From an uncultured Elusimicrobia bacterium (lineage in GTDB: Bacteria > Elusimicrobiota > Elusimicrobia > 2-01-FULL-59-12): a DNA stretch of 64,000 nucleotides. The stretch is from NCBI GenBank assembly GCA_964506645.1, contig CAZDML010000002.1, forward strand, positions 3,012 through 67,011. The letters run 5' to 3'. The position numbers were made by a program, and so were the translations under genes. Positions 9,635-17,293 of the stretch are shown piece after piece. Under the pieces are notes generated by a model, which made no database searches, had not been told where the DNA came from, and saw only the letters and a program-made list of their open reading frames with translations. Positions within the stretch are counted from its first letter, which is position 1. Every line of letters starts with the position of its first letter.

Positions 9635-10681
9635 TCAGGACTCCTTCACGATCGCTAGAAAAATAGCAAACACGGACAAAATCAGCGTCAACACGTAGAC
9701 CAAAAGCACAACCTCGCGCCCGGTCCATCCCAGATTCAGCAGCTTATGATGCAGATGCTCCCGGTCGGGCTCCATGAGCTTGGACTTTCGTTTGTACCGG
9801 CGCACCATGGAGAGCGCCACATCAATGACCGGCAGCGCGACACCGATCACGGGGATCATGAGCGAAAGCACGGCGGTGGTTTTGAGCGTGCCGATGACTG
9901 TAATAGCCCCCAACAGGAACCCGATCCCCAGCGCGCCCCCATCGCCCATAAACACCTTAGCCGGTGAAAAATTATACGGTAAAAATCCGAGGCATGCGCC
10001 GCAAAGTGCGGCGGACAAAATCCCGGCGAGCTTGAGCTGATTAGAGACAAACGGCGCAGCCGAGGCTCCTTGAATCACAGCCACCCCGAGAAAGGTTGCT
10101 GAAGCAATCGCCGCCAGACCCACCGCCAGACCGTCCAGTCCGTCGGCCAGATTCACAGCATTCATAAACCCAATGATCCAGAATACCGTGATAACCTGCG
10201 AAAACAAAATGGGGAACTGCACATACGACATCCAGGGCAGGCGCAACCCGGAAATCCGTACGCCGTAATCAAGCGCCATAAACGCCGCAATAATTTGCGT
10301 CAGGAGTTTCACGATGGCGGGCACCGGCTGACGGTCATCGCTCATACCCAGAACCAGCACCACGGTCAAGCCCACCAGAATACCAATCATCTGTTTATCA
10401 AGAGCGACCACGGTCAGAAGACGGCCTTGATCGTAGAGAGAATGACGGTATTCGAGCAGCGTACGGAAGGCAGGGAATCCCACGTAGACCCCCAGGATCG
10501 CGATGATCACGCCCAGGTAAATGGCGATGCCGCCCCAGCGCGGGATCGGCGTGGCATGGACTTTACGTGCGTTGGGCTGGTCGAGGACGTTAAACCGCTT
10601 GGCCAGCCAGATGGAAAAGGGCGTCGCCGTGAAGCTGGCGGCGCACGCGACTAAAAAAGCCGCGAGATAAAGAAGTGGCAT
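9635..10681 (-). CDS. MraY/WecA-family UDP-HexNAc:undecaprenyl-phosphate HexNAc-1-phosphate transferase (GT4 polyprenyl-phosphate transferase family)
   Basis: Polytopic membrane protein with ..NARKVHATPIPRWGGIAIYLG.., ..NAVNLADGLDGLA.. and ..GDGGALGIGFLLG.. motifs of the MraY/WecA/TagO family. It sits adjacent to wecB. Confidence 0.8.
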   Translation of the reverse strand: MPLLYLAAFLVACAASFTATPFSIWLAKRFNVLDQPNARKVHATPIPRWGGIAIYLGVIIAILGVYVGFPAFRTLLEYRHSLYDQGRLLTVVALDKQMIGILVGLTVVLVLGMSDDRQPVPAIVKLLTQIIAAFMALDYGVRISGLRLPWMSYVQFPILFSQVITVFWIIGFMNAVNLADGLDGLAVGLAAIASATFLGVAVIQGASAAPFVSNQLKLAGILSAALCGACLGFLPYNFSPAKVFMGDGGALGIGFLLGAITVIGTLKTTAVLSLMIPVIGVALPVIDVALSMVRRYKRKSKLMEPDREHLHHKLLNLGWTGREVVLLVYVLTLILSVFAIFLAIVKES

Positions 10682-10688
10682 GGATCTC

Positions 10689-11942
10689 CTAGGAGCGAAG
10701 CCGTTCGGTGTACATCGGATGTTTCATACAAAGCTTTTTAACCGCTTGTCGAATGGACGACAGGTTCTTGGTGTTGTCCGGCGCACCGAGCACCTGATTG
10801 ATCCAGGACGCAACCTGTAGCATGTCTTTTTCCTTGAGGCCGCGGGTCGTCATCGCCGGGGTTCCAAGACGGATGCCGCTGGCGATAAACGGTTTTTCGG
10901 GGTCGAAAGGAATCGCATTTTTGTTCACTGTGATGCCGGCATGATCGAGCGCCTTTTCTGCTACCGCCCCGGTAATCCCTTTGGAACGCAGGTCGAGCAG
11001 AAACATATGGCAGTCGGTTCCACCGGTCACGATGCGCAGTCCATGACCCGCCAAGGCTTTGGCCAACGTGCGGGCATTGGAAAGCACCTGCTGCTGATAT
11101 TTCTTAAAAGAAGGCTTGAGCGCCTCACCAAACGCCACCGCTTTGGCAGCAATCACGTGCATCAGCGGGCCGCCCTGAATACCCGGGAAGATGAGCTTAT
11201 CGAGCGCAGGAGCGAACGAGGCCTTGCTCAGGATCATGCCACCGCGAGGCCCGCGCAGGGTCTTGTGGGTGGTGGTCGTCACAAAATCGGCGTACGGCAC
11301 CGGACTCGGATAAACGCCTGCGGCCACAAGGCCCGCGTAATGGGCCATGTCGACCATATAGATCGCGCCGACCTTATCACAGATCTCTCGGAAGCGCTTC
11401 CAGTCGAACACACGGGCATAGGCGGAGGCGCCCACACAGATGAGTTTCGGACGATGCTGGAGCGCCAAGCGTTCGGCTTCGTCATAATCCACGAGCTCGG
11501 TATCCTGGCGGACGTTAAATCCAATGACCTTAAAGAATTTTCCGGAAAAATTGAGCGGGTGGCCGTGCGTCAGATGTCCGCCGTGTGCGAGATTAAGCCC
11601 CATGATCGTGTCGCCGGGCTGGAGCACGGAGTAATACACACCCATATTGGCAGAACTACCAGAATGCGGCTGGACGTTGGCATGTTCGGCTCCAAAAAGT
11701 TTTTTTGCGCGTTCAATGGCGAGATTTTCAGCGATGTCGACCTGCTCACATCCACCGTAGTAGCGCTTACCGGGATACCCTTCGGCATATTTATTGGTCA
11801 GCACGCTGCCTTGGGCTTCGAGCACCGCTTCTGAAACCATATTTTCTGATGCGATGAGTTCCAGCGAATAGGCTTGGCGCTGTGTTTCGCCCAAAATGGC
11901 TTTATAGACCTGTGGATCTTGTTTCTTTAGAGTGTTTTTCAC
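10689..11942 (-). CDS. glyA: serine hydroxymethyltransferase
   Basis: Collinear with GlyA (..[39 protein letters not shown].. and the PLP-lysine region ..[15 protein letters not shown]..). It starts with GTG at 11942-11940 and has an AGGAAGG Shine-Dalgarno sequence 10 nt upstream. Confidence 0.95.
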   Translation of the reverse strand: MKNTLKKQDPQVYKAILGETQRQAYSLELIASENMVSEAVLEAQGSVLTNKYAEGYPGKRYYGGCEQVDIAENLAIERAKKLFGAEHANVQPHSGSSANMGVYYSVLQPGDTIMGLNLAHGGHLTHGHPLNFSGKFFKVIGFNVRQDTELVDYDEAERLALQHRPKLICVGASAYARVFDWKRFREICDKVGAIYMVDMAHYAGLVAAGVYPSPVPYADFVTTTTHKTLRGPRGGMILSKASFAPALDKLIFPGIQGGPLMHVIAAKAVAFGEALKPSFKKYQQQVLSNARTLAKALAGHGLRIVTGGTDCHMFLLDLRSKGITGAVAEKALDHAGITVNKNAIPFDPEKPFIASGIRLGTPAMTTRGLKEKDMLQVASWINQVLGAPDNTKNLSSIRQAVKKLCMKHPMYTERLRS

Positions 11943-12436
11943 GACGGGGTCCCTTCCTTTGGCCAGAGTTTAGAAATAAGGCGGTCAATTGTTTGCTTCA
12001 AATCATCACGGCAGATGCGGCACGCATCCTGCGACATCCCGATGGGATCTGGAATATTCCAGGAGCCAATGGCATCCGGCGGATCGCCGGCAAATTCTTT
12101 GAGCAAAAATGTTTTCGGCTCGGATTTAATAAACTGCTCCAGAATAAAGTTCTTATGCCCTTCTTCCGCCACGAGAATGAGATCGGCTTCCTGAATGTCG
12201 TTGCGCTCGATGGGGCGTGCTCGGTGCGCCGACACATCAATCTTCCATTCTTTGAGCGCATCCGCGACACCGGCAAACGCGGGACGTCCAAACAGAGCAT
12301 GCGTCCCGCGCGAAAACACCTTCACATCGGGAATGCCGTTCTTGGCCAGCCCATCCTTCAGCAGAGCCTCGGCCAGAACGCTGCGGCAGCAGTTGGCCGA
12401 ACACACCATGAGAATCGATTGCGGACTCTTTTTCAT
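11939..12436 (-). CDS. low-molecular-weight protein-tyrosine phosphatase (LMW-PTP/ArsC-like fold)
   Basis: P-loop CX5R motif at the N-terminus ([18 protein letters not shown]) and a conserved DP motif (..WNIPDPIG..). It overlaps the glyA start by 4 nt. Confidence 0.8.
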   Translation of the reverse strand: MKKSPQSILMVCSANCCRSVLAEALLKDGLAKNGIPDVKVFSRGTHALFGRPAFAGVADALKEWKIDVSAHRARPIERNDIQEADLILVAEEGHKNFILEQFIKSEPKTFLLKEFAGDPPDAIGSWNIPDPIGMSQDACRICRDDLKQTIDRLISKLWPKEGTPS

Positions 12437-13158
12437 TTCCCGAAGAGGACCCGTTCGAGATCCTTTTTGGGAATGGCCCCTTCACGTTTTACAGAAAACG
12501 GAAAGGCGGAAACATCAATCACGGACGACGCTTCTTTAATACGGCAACGACCGCCATCGATCGACCACGCCACACGTGCGCCAAACAACCGATAGGCTTC
12601 TTCCCCAGACACCGCCGGTTCATCGCCCGATTTATTCACGCTCGTGGTCGCCAGTGGAAGCCCGGCCTGTTTTAAAAGTGCCAAGGCGATCGGATGATCG
12701 GGGATGCGCACGGCCATGGTTTCGCTCCCCCCCGTCACGAGCCGCCCGAGCGCCGAGGCGCGCAGGACAAGGGTAAGAGGTCCGGGGCAAAACACTTTGG
12801 CGAGTTTGAAGGCTTCACGAGGAATTTCTTCCACCAGCGGGGCCGCCGCTTCCAGAGAGGACACGAGAAGTGCCAGGGGTTTACGCCACGTTCGGCCTTT
12901 CAGGGCATAGATGGCGCGAATCCCTTGCGGGGAAAATGCGCTCGTCCCAATGCCGTAGACCGTTTCCGTCGGAAAGATAGCAACGGCACCTTCTATCAAA
13001 GAGCGGGCAATCTGTTTCAGCTGAGCCGTGCTGGGGGCTGCGTGCTGCGCATGGATTAGAATCCCTTTTTTCGACTCAGGATTCAGCGCTTTCTTCACAG
13101 CACTTTTTTTACGTGCGATAGCGCGCGTTGATGTCGACATATTGTCCCGTAAAGTCAC
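12433..13158 (-). CDS. tsaC: L-threonylcarbamoyladenylate synthase, YrdC-domain type
   Basis: ..AVAIFPTETVYGIGTSAFS..IRAIYALKGRTWRKPLALLV.. is the YrdC/Sua5 signature. The true start is possibly MSTSTR at about 13140. The tsaC-PTP-glyA order mirrors the Bacillus ywlC-ywlE-glyA neighbourhood. Confidence 0.85.
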   Translation of the reverse strand: MTLRDNMSTSTRAIARKKSAVKKALNPESKKGILIHAQHAAPSTAQLKQIARSLIEGAVAIFPTETVYGIGTSAFSPQGIRAIYALKGRTWRKPLALLVSSLEAAAPLVEEIPREAFKLAKVFCPGPLTLVLRASALGRLVTGGSETMAVRIPDHPIALALLKQAGLPLATTSVNKSGDEPAVSGEEAYRLFGARVAWSIDGGRCRIKEASSVIDVSAFPFSVKREGAIPKKDLERVLFGK

Positions 13159-14404
13159 AGGTCCAATACCAACCCTGAGCCTTTCCTTGGTGCACGCGAA
13201 TCGTAATAATGACTTCCTTCGCCTTTAACGGTTCTCGCGCCTTTTCCGCAGACACCGCCGTCGGGGCACCCTGTCGAAATACGCACAAGGTTCCAAAAAA
13301 GATATCCACTTTCGATGGATCCAGGACCACGCCCGAACGACCGATCGCGGCGAGAATACGTCCCCAATTTGAATCTTCGCCATAGGCTGCCGTTTTGACG
13401 AGCGGCGATGTCGAGACGGTCATGGCCATCTGCTGGGCTTCGGCTTCGGTACGAGCGCCTTCGACACGAATTTCCAAAAATTTACTGGCGCCCTCACCAT
13501 CTCGAGCTATTTTTTTCGAAAGATCGATACACACCTGATCCAGGGCTTGAAAAAAGGCTTTCTTATCTTCGGAGGACTTAATCCGGACCCCGGAGGCCCC
13601 ATTGGCCAGCACGAAGACGCTATCGTTGGTCGACATATCGCCATCGACCGTCACGCGGTTAAAGCTATTTTCCGTCGCTAGCGCCACATGAGACTTGAGC
13701 GTGGCCACATCAATCTGTGCATCCGTCAGAATGAACCCCAGCATCGTGGCATGCTTGCCTTTCAGAGAAGGCACCGGATGATGTGGCGTTGGCGCGACAG
13801 GGACACGATTGCCTTTGGGTCGATCGCCTAATTTCCCCGTGAGTGTCATAAGCGGGTGAATCATGCCCGCGCCTTTGGCGCAGCCCCAGACTCGGACTTC
13901 TTTGCCGGCAATCAGGATGGACTGGTGAGCAATTTTAACCACCATATCGGTCGTCATGATGGCTTCGGCCGCCTTATGAAAGGCGTGCGCCTGCGTTCCT
14001 TCTTCCGTAAATATCTTCTGGGAAAGCATCGGGATCTCTTCGGACAAAAGATCCATGGGCATAAAATCCCCGATCACGCCCGTGGAGGCAATTTGGACAA
14101 GATCCGGAGAAACATTATGTGCCTGGCTGGCCCATTCGATCGTTTGCTTGGCTTCTCGCACACCGCGCTCACCGGTACAACAGTTGGCGCAGCCGGAATT
14201 CACCATAATGACCTGCGCTTTTCCTTTCTTTAACCGTTCCTGATCCAGAGGGATATGCACGCACTTCACGCGGTTTGTCGTGAAACAAGCCGCGGCGGTG
14301 GCCGGAGTTTCCGAATAAAAAATGGCGAGCCCGTGGCGACTGGGTCGGGGACGATCTTTGCGCGGCAATCCGGCCGCTCGAAACCCTAAGGGAAGCGTAC
14401 TCAT
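13109..14404 (-). CDS. argJ: bifunctional glutamate N-acetyltransferase / amino-acid acetyltransferase
   Basis: ..ATMLGFILTDAQID.. contains the autocatalytic-cleavage Thr region of ArgJ, within an ArgJ-like alpha/beta subunit layout. 431 aa. Confidence 0.9.
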   Translation of the reverse strand: MSTLPLGFRAAGLPRKDRPRPSRHGLAIFYSETPATAAACFTTNRVKCVHIPLDQERLKKGKAQVIMVNSGCANCCTGERGVREAKQTIEWASQAHNVSPDLVQIASTGVIGDFMPMDLLSEEIPMLSQKIFTEEGTQAHAFHKAAEAIMTTDMVVKIAHQSILIAGKEVRVWGCAKGAGMIHPLMTLTGKLGDRPKGNRVPVAPTPHHPVPSLKGKHATMLGFILTDAQIDVATLKSHVALATENSFNRVTVDGDMSTNDSVFVLANGASGVRIKSSEDKKAFFQALDQVCIDLSKKIARDGEGASKFLEIRVEGARTEAEAQQMAMTVSTSPLVKTAAYGEDSNWGRILAAIGRSGVVLDPSKVDIFFGTLCVFRQGAPTAVSAEKAREPLKAKEVIITIRVHQGKAQGWYWTCDFTGQYVDINARYRT

Positions 14405-15438
14405 TTGAGAGCCGTAGTCTCCTCGAATCCGAACATCAGATTCATATTCTGGATCGCCTGTCCGCTGGCGCCCTTAGTGAGGTTGTCGAGCGCTGCAATG
14501 ACGATCGCATGCGTACCCGTCGGGCTGACCGCCACACCGATATGGCACATATTGGTATAGGTGACGCCTTTGACCTCCGGCGATTCCATCGCCGGCAAAA
14601 CAGTCACAAAGGGTTCGCGTGCGTAGTACGCCCCATAGATATCCCGAAGCGCTTCCGCGGACATTTTCTTTTTCAGCGGGGCATAGAGGCAGGCCAGAAT
14701 GCCCCGATTCATGGGCGCGAGCTGCGGCACGAAAATAAATTCTACTTTCTGAGTTCTGAGTCCTGAGTCCTGAGCTGCTTTTGTCCATTCCTGCAAAATT
14801 TCCGGATGGTGCCGGTGGCCCTTGAGTCCGTAAGCCTGCATGCTTTCGTTGGCCTCGGCATAAAGGTAGGTGTTGTCGAGCTTGCGACCGGCACCGGAGA
14901 CACCGCTTTTGGCGTCGATGATGATCGGGCCTTTGCCGAGAAGGTTTTTGGCAAAGAGTGGAAGCCCGGCCAGAATGGAGGTGGTGGCGTAACAACCGGG
15001 ATTGGCCACGAGCTTCGCTTCTTTTATCATTTCCCGGTAGCGTTCGGGCAGGCCGTAGACGGCTTCCTTTAAAAGTTTCGGGACCGGATGAGCACCATAC
15101 CAGGCTTCGTAGGTTTCGTCATCTTCCAGCCGGAAATCCGCAGAGAGATCGATCACTTTTGTGCCGTGCGAGAGAAACGCGGCCGCCGTTTTCGCCGCTG
15201 CGCCATGGGGCAACCCCAAAAACACCACGTCCGAATCCTTCGCGATTGTTTTTACATCCATTTTCTCGCATAGATGGCCGCAGTGACCCTTTAAAAATTT
15301 ATGAATCGAGGCAATCGGCTTGCCGACATAGTTCTCCGAGGTCAGATGACTGATCCGGATGTCCGGATGGCGAATGAGGTACCGCAGGAGTTCGCCTCCC
15401 GTATAGCCAGTCGCGCCTATGATGGATATATTAATCAT
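14401..15438 (-). CDS. argC: N-acetyl-gamma-glutamyl-phosphate reductase
   Basis: MINISIIGATGYTGGELLRYL.. (NAD-binding), the catalytic ..ANPGCYATT.. cysteine and a C-terminal ..LDNLTKGASGQAIQNMNLMFG... The start is at the internal MINIS (about 15438). The track ORF extends to 15516 into rsmI. Contains an in-frame heptamer-repeat insertion (see findings). Confidence 0.9.
   Translation of the reverse strand: MINISIIGATGYTGGELLRYLIRHPDIRISHLTSENYVGKPIASIHKFLKGHCGHLCEKMDVKTIAKDSDVVFLGLPHGAAAKTAAAFLSHGTKVIDLSADFRLEDDETYEAWYGAHPVPKLLKEAVYGLPERYREMIKEAKLVANPGCYATTSILAGLPLFAKNLLGKGPIIIDAKSGVSGAGRKLDNTYLYAEANESMQAYGLKGHRHHPEILQEWTKAAQDSGLRTQKVEFIFVPQLAPMNRGILACLYAPLKKKMSAEALRDIYGAYYAREPFVTVLPAMESPEVKGVTYTNMCHIGVAVSPTGTHAIVIAALDNLTKGASGQAIQNMNLMFGFEETTALK
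14747..14774. repeat. 28-nt tandem heptamer array (TTCTGAG TTCTGAG TCCTGAG TCCTGAG) lying in-frame inside argC
   Basis: Seen directly in the sequence. It encodes ..AAQDSGLRTQK.. in the ArgC segment between the PEI(L)Q and V.F.P.L blocks, which is 5-7 residues longer here than in typical ArgC. Confidence 0.6.
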
Positions 15439-16135
15439 CGTTTTCGTTGTCCGTTGTCGTAGGGTGCACCAGCAGCACCACTTCGCCTTTGATTTCTTTG
15501 TCACCCAACCGCTCAATCACACTCTCGATCGAGCCGCGGATAAATTCTTCGTAGACCTTGGTCAGTTCGCGGGCGACCACCACAGGGGTCTCCGGCGGGA
15601 CCAAGCCCTTCACAAGCGCAAGTGTGTCTTTGACGCGGTAAGGGGATTCGTAAATGACGAGGGTGCTTTCCGTTGCCAGGGCCTTGGCAATCATCTTCTT
15701 GGCCCGAGCGGGTCTCCTCGGTAGAAATCCTATAAAAAAGAAGCGGTCTGTGGGCAGTCCCGACGCCACAAGCGCGGTGATCGCCGCACAGGGCCCGGGC
15801 AATGAGACTACCGGGATATCGGCCTCGAGTGCCGCCTGCACGAGCTCGGTGCCCGGATCGGACAGACCCGGCGTGCCCGCATCGGTCACTACCGCCACAC
15901 GCTTACCGTCTTCCAGCGCGCGAATCACTTGATGCGTCTTCCCCGAACTGCTGTGGGCGTGATAACTCCACAACGTCTTGGTGATTCCCAGGTGGTTGAG
16001 AAGCCCGAGCGTCCGGCGGGTATCTTCGCAGGCCACCACATCCACGTCTTTTAAAACCTCGATCGCTCGCAGGGTCAGATCGCCCAGATTGCCGAGCGGC
16101 GTTGGCACCAGATAAAGCGTGCCTGTGTTACGCAT
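15431..16135 (-). CDS. rsmI: 16S rRNA (cytidine1402-2'-O)-methyltransferase
   Basis: ..LYLVPTPLGNLGDLTLRAIEVLKDVDVVACEDTRRT.. together with the tetrapyrrole-methylase fold blocks identifies RsmI. Confidence 0.9.
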   Translation of the reverse strand: MRNTGTLYLVPTPLGNLGDLTLRAIEVLKDVDVVACEDTRRTLGLLNHLGITKTLWSYHAHSSSGKTHQVIRALEDGKRVAVVTDAGTPGLSDPGTELVQAALEADIPVVSLPGPCAAITALVASGLPTDRFFFIGFLPRRPARAKKMIAKALATESTLVIYESPYRVKDTLALVKGLVPPETPVVVARELTKVYEEFIRGSIESVIERLGDKEIKGEVVLLVHPTTTDNENDD

Positions 16136-17273
16136 GCGTCACGGCCAGAAATTCCTTCTCGGTCGTGGGAAGGTTTTTGGATTCCAAGTGCTCCAGCACT
16201 TTCAAAAAAATGTCGACGATCACCGGATCGAATTGCGTGCCAGCCTGCCGACGAAGTTCGGCCACCGCCGCGCTCTTGGGCATGGCTTTCCGATACGTCC
16301 GGTCGGAGGTCATCGCGTCCCAGGCATCCACCACAGACACAATCCGTGCGCCCAGAGGAATTTCTTCCCGCGCCAGTTTCTCCGGATAGCCCTGGCCGTT
16401 AAACCACTCGTGGTGGTAATACACAATCGGCCAGATCGCATTTAAAAAATCCATATCCGCGAGCATCGTCCGTCCGATCGCAGGATGTTCCTGTACGCGC
16501 CGATATTCGTCCGGGGTCAGTGGGCCGGCCTTACGTAAAATGAGATCTTCAATACCGATTTTTCCCAGATCGTGCAGAATGGCCCCCGTCTCGACCCATG
16601 CGATGAGTTGCTGCGGCAGTTTCATGGCTTCCGCTACATGTTTGGACAGGAGACTCATCCGTTTGGAATGGCCGTGGCTGTACGGATCGCGGGCCGCCAG
16701 TGCGCGCTCAAACCCACGTACCACCCAAGCCTCATTGGAGATGGACCGCTGATGCGTTTCCAAGTTCTCCAACAAGAGCGAGGCCTCGGCTGCGATCAAC
16801 TCCGCCAGGCGCACAGCCGAGGGAGCGAAATCCCCCGACGCAGGCCGGCTGCAGATCAGAAGCCCAACCACCTGATGGCGTGACGTACACGGCACAAGAA
16901 TATAGGGCGCCTGCAGAAATTTATCGGTCGATGCGGAGGCCTGAGGCGGCGGTGTGCCAACTTTGGCGACCACCGTTTTTGTGCCCTGCAGCGCCTTGCC
17001 GAGAATGCCGATTCCCAGCCGCACCCGCAGGGCATCGGCGGCTTCGGGCGCCAGTCCGCGCGCGCCGGCCACACGCCATTCAAAGTGCTGCGGATCGACA
17101 TGCAGTAACACAACCTGTTCGGCATCCAAAAGACCATGGGCAGCCTGAAGAACTCCGTTGGCCACATCACGCCAGGGAAGATCCTCCCCAGAGGCACGCC
17201 GGAGGTTCACACAATGAGAGAAAAAGTCAGCGAGATAACGGAGAGAATCCGTTTCGGGAGGAGACTGAACCAT
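16128..17273 (-). CDS. GAF-domain / HD-GYP-domain cyclic-di-GMP phosphodiesterase-type signalling protein
   Basis: The C-terminus has HDLGKIGI..YYHHEWFNGQGYPEKL..VDAWDAMTSDRTYR, which are the HD and GYP motifs. The N-terminal 170 aa is GAF-like. Confidence 0.8.
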   Translation of the reverse strand: MVQSPPETDSLRYLADFFSHCVNLRRASGEDLPWRDVANGVLQAAHGLLDAEQVVLLHVDPQHFEWRVAGARGLAPEAADALRVRLGIGILGKALQGTKTVVAKVGTPPPQASASTDKFLQAPYILVPCTSRHQVVGLLICSRPASGDFAPSAVRLAELIAAEASLLLENLETHQRSISNEAWVVRGFERALAARDPYSHGHSKRMSLLSKHVAEAMKLPQQLIAWVETGAILHDLGKIGIEDLILRKAGPLTPDEYRRVQEHPAIGRTMLADMDFLNAIWPIVYYHHEWFNGQGYPEKLAREEIPLGARIVSVVDAWDAMTSDRTYRKAMPKSAAVAELRRQAGTQFDPVIVDIFLKVLEHLESKNLPTTEKEFLAVTHA

Positions 17274-17293
17274 AGTTTATTTTACGATATGAA

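Noticed and set aside
14747-14774. Possibility that the heptamer arrays are a CRISPR array or a REP/MITE element
   Set aside because: They are only 28 nt and lack a spacer-repeat architecture. One copy is in-frame coding sequence. No cas genes, terminal inverted repeats or target-site duplications are visible.
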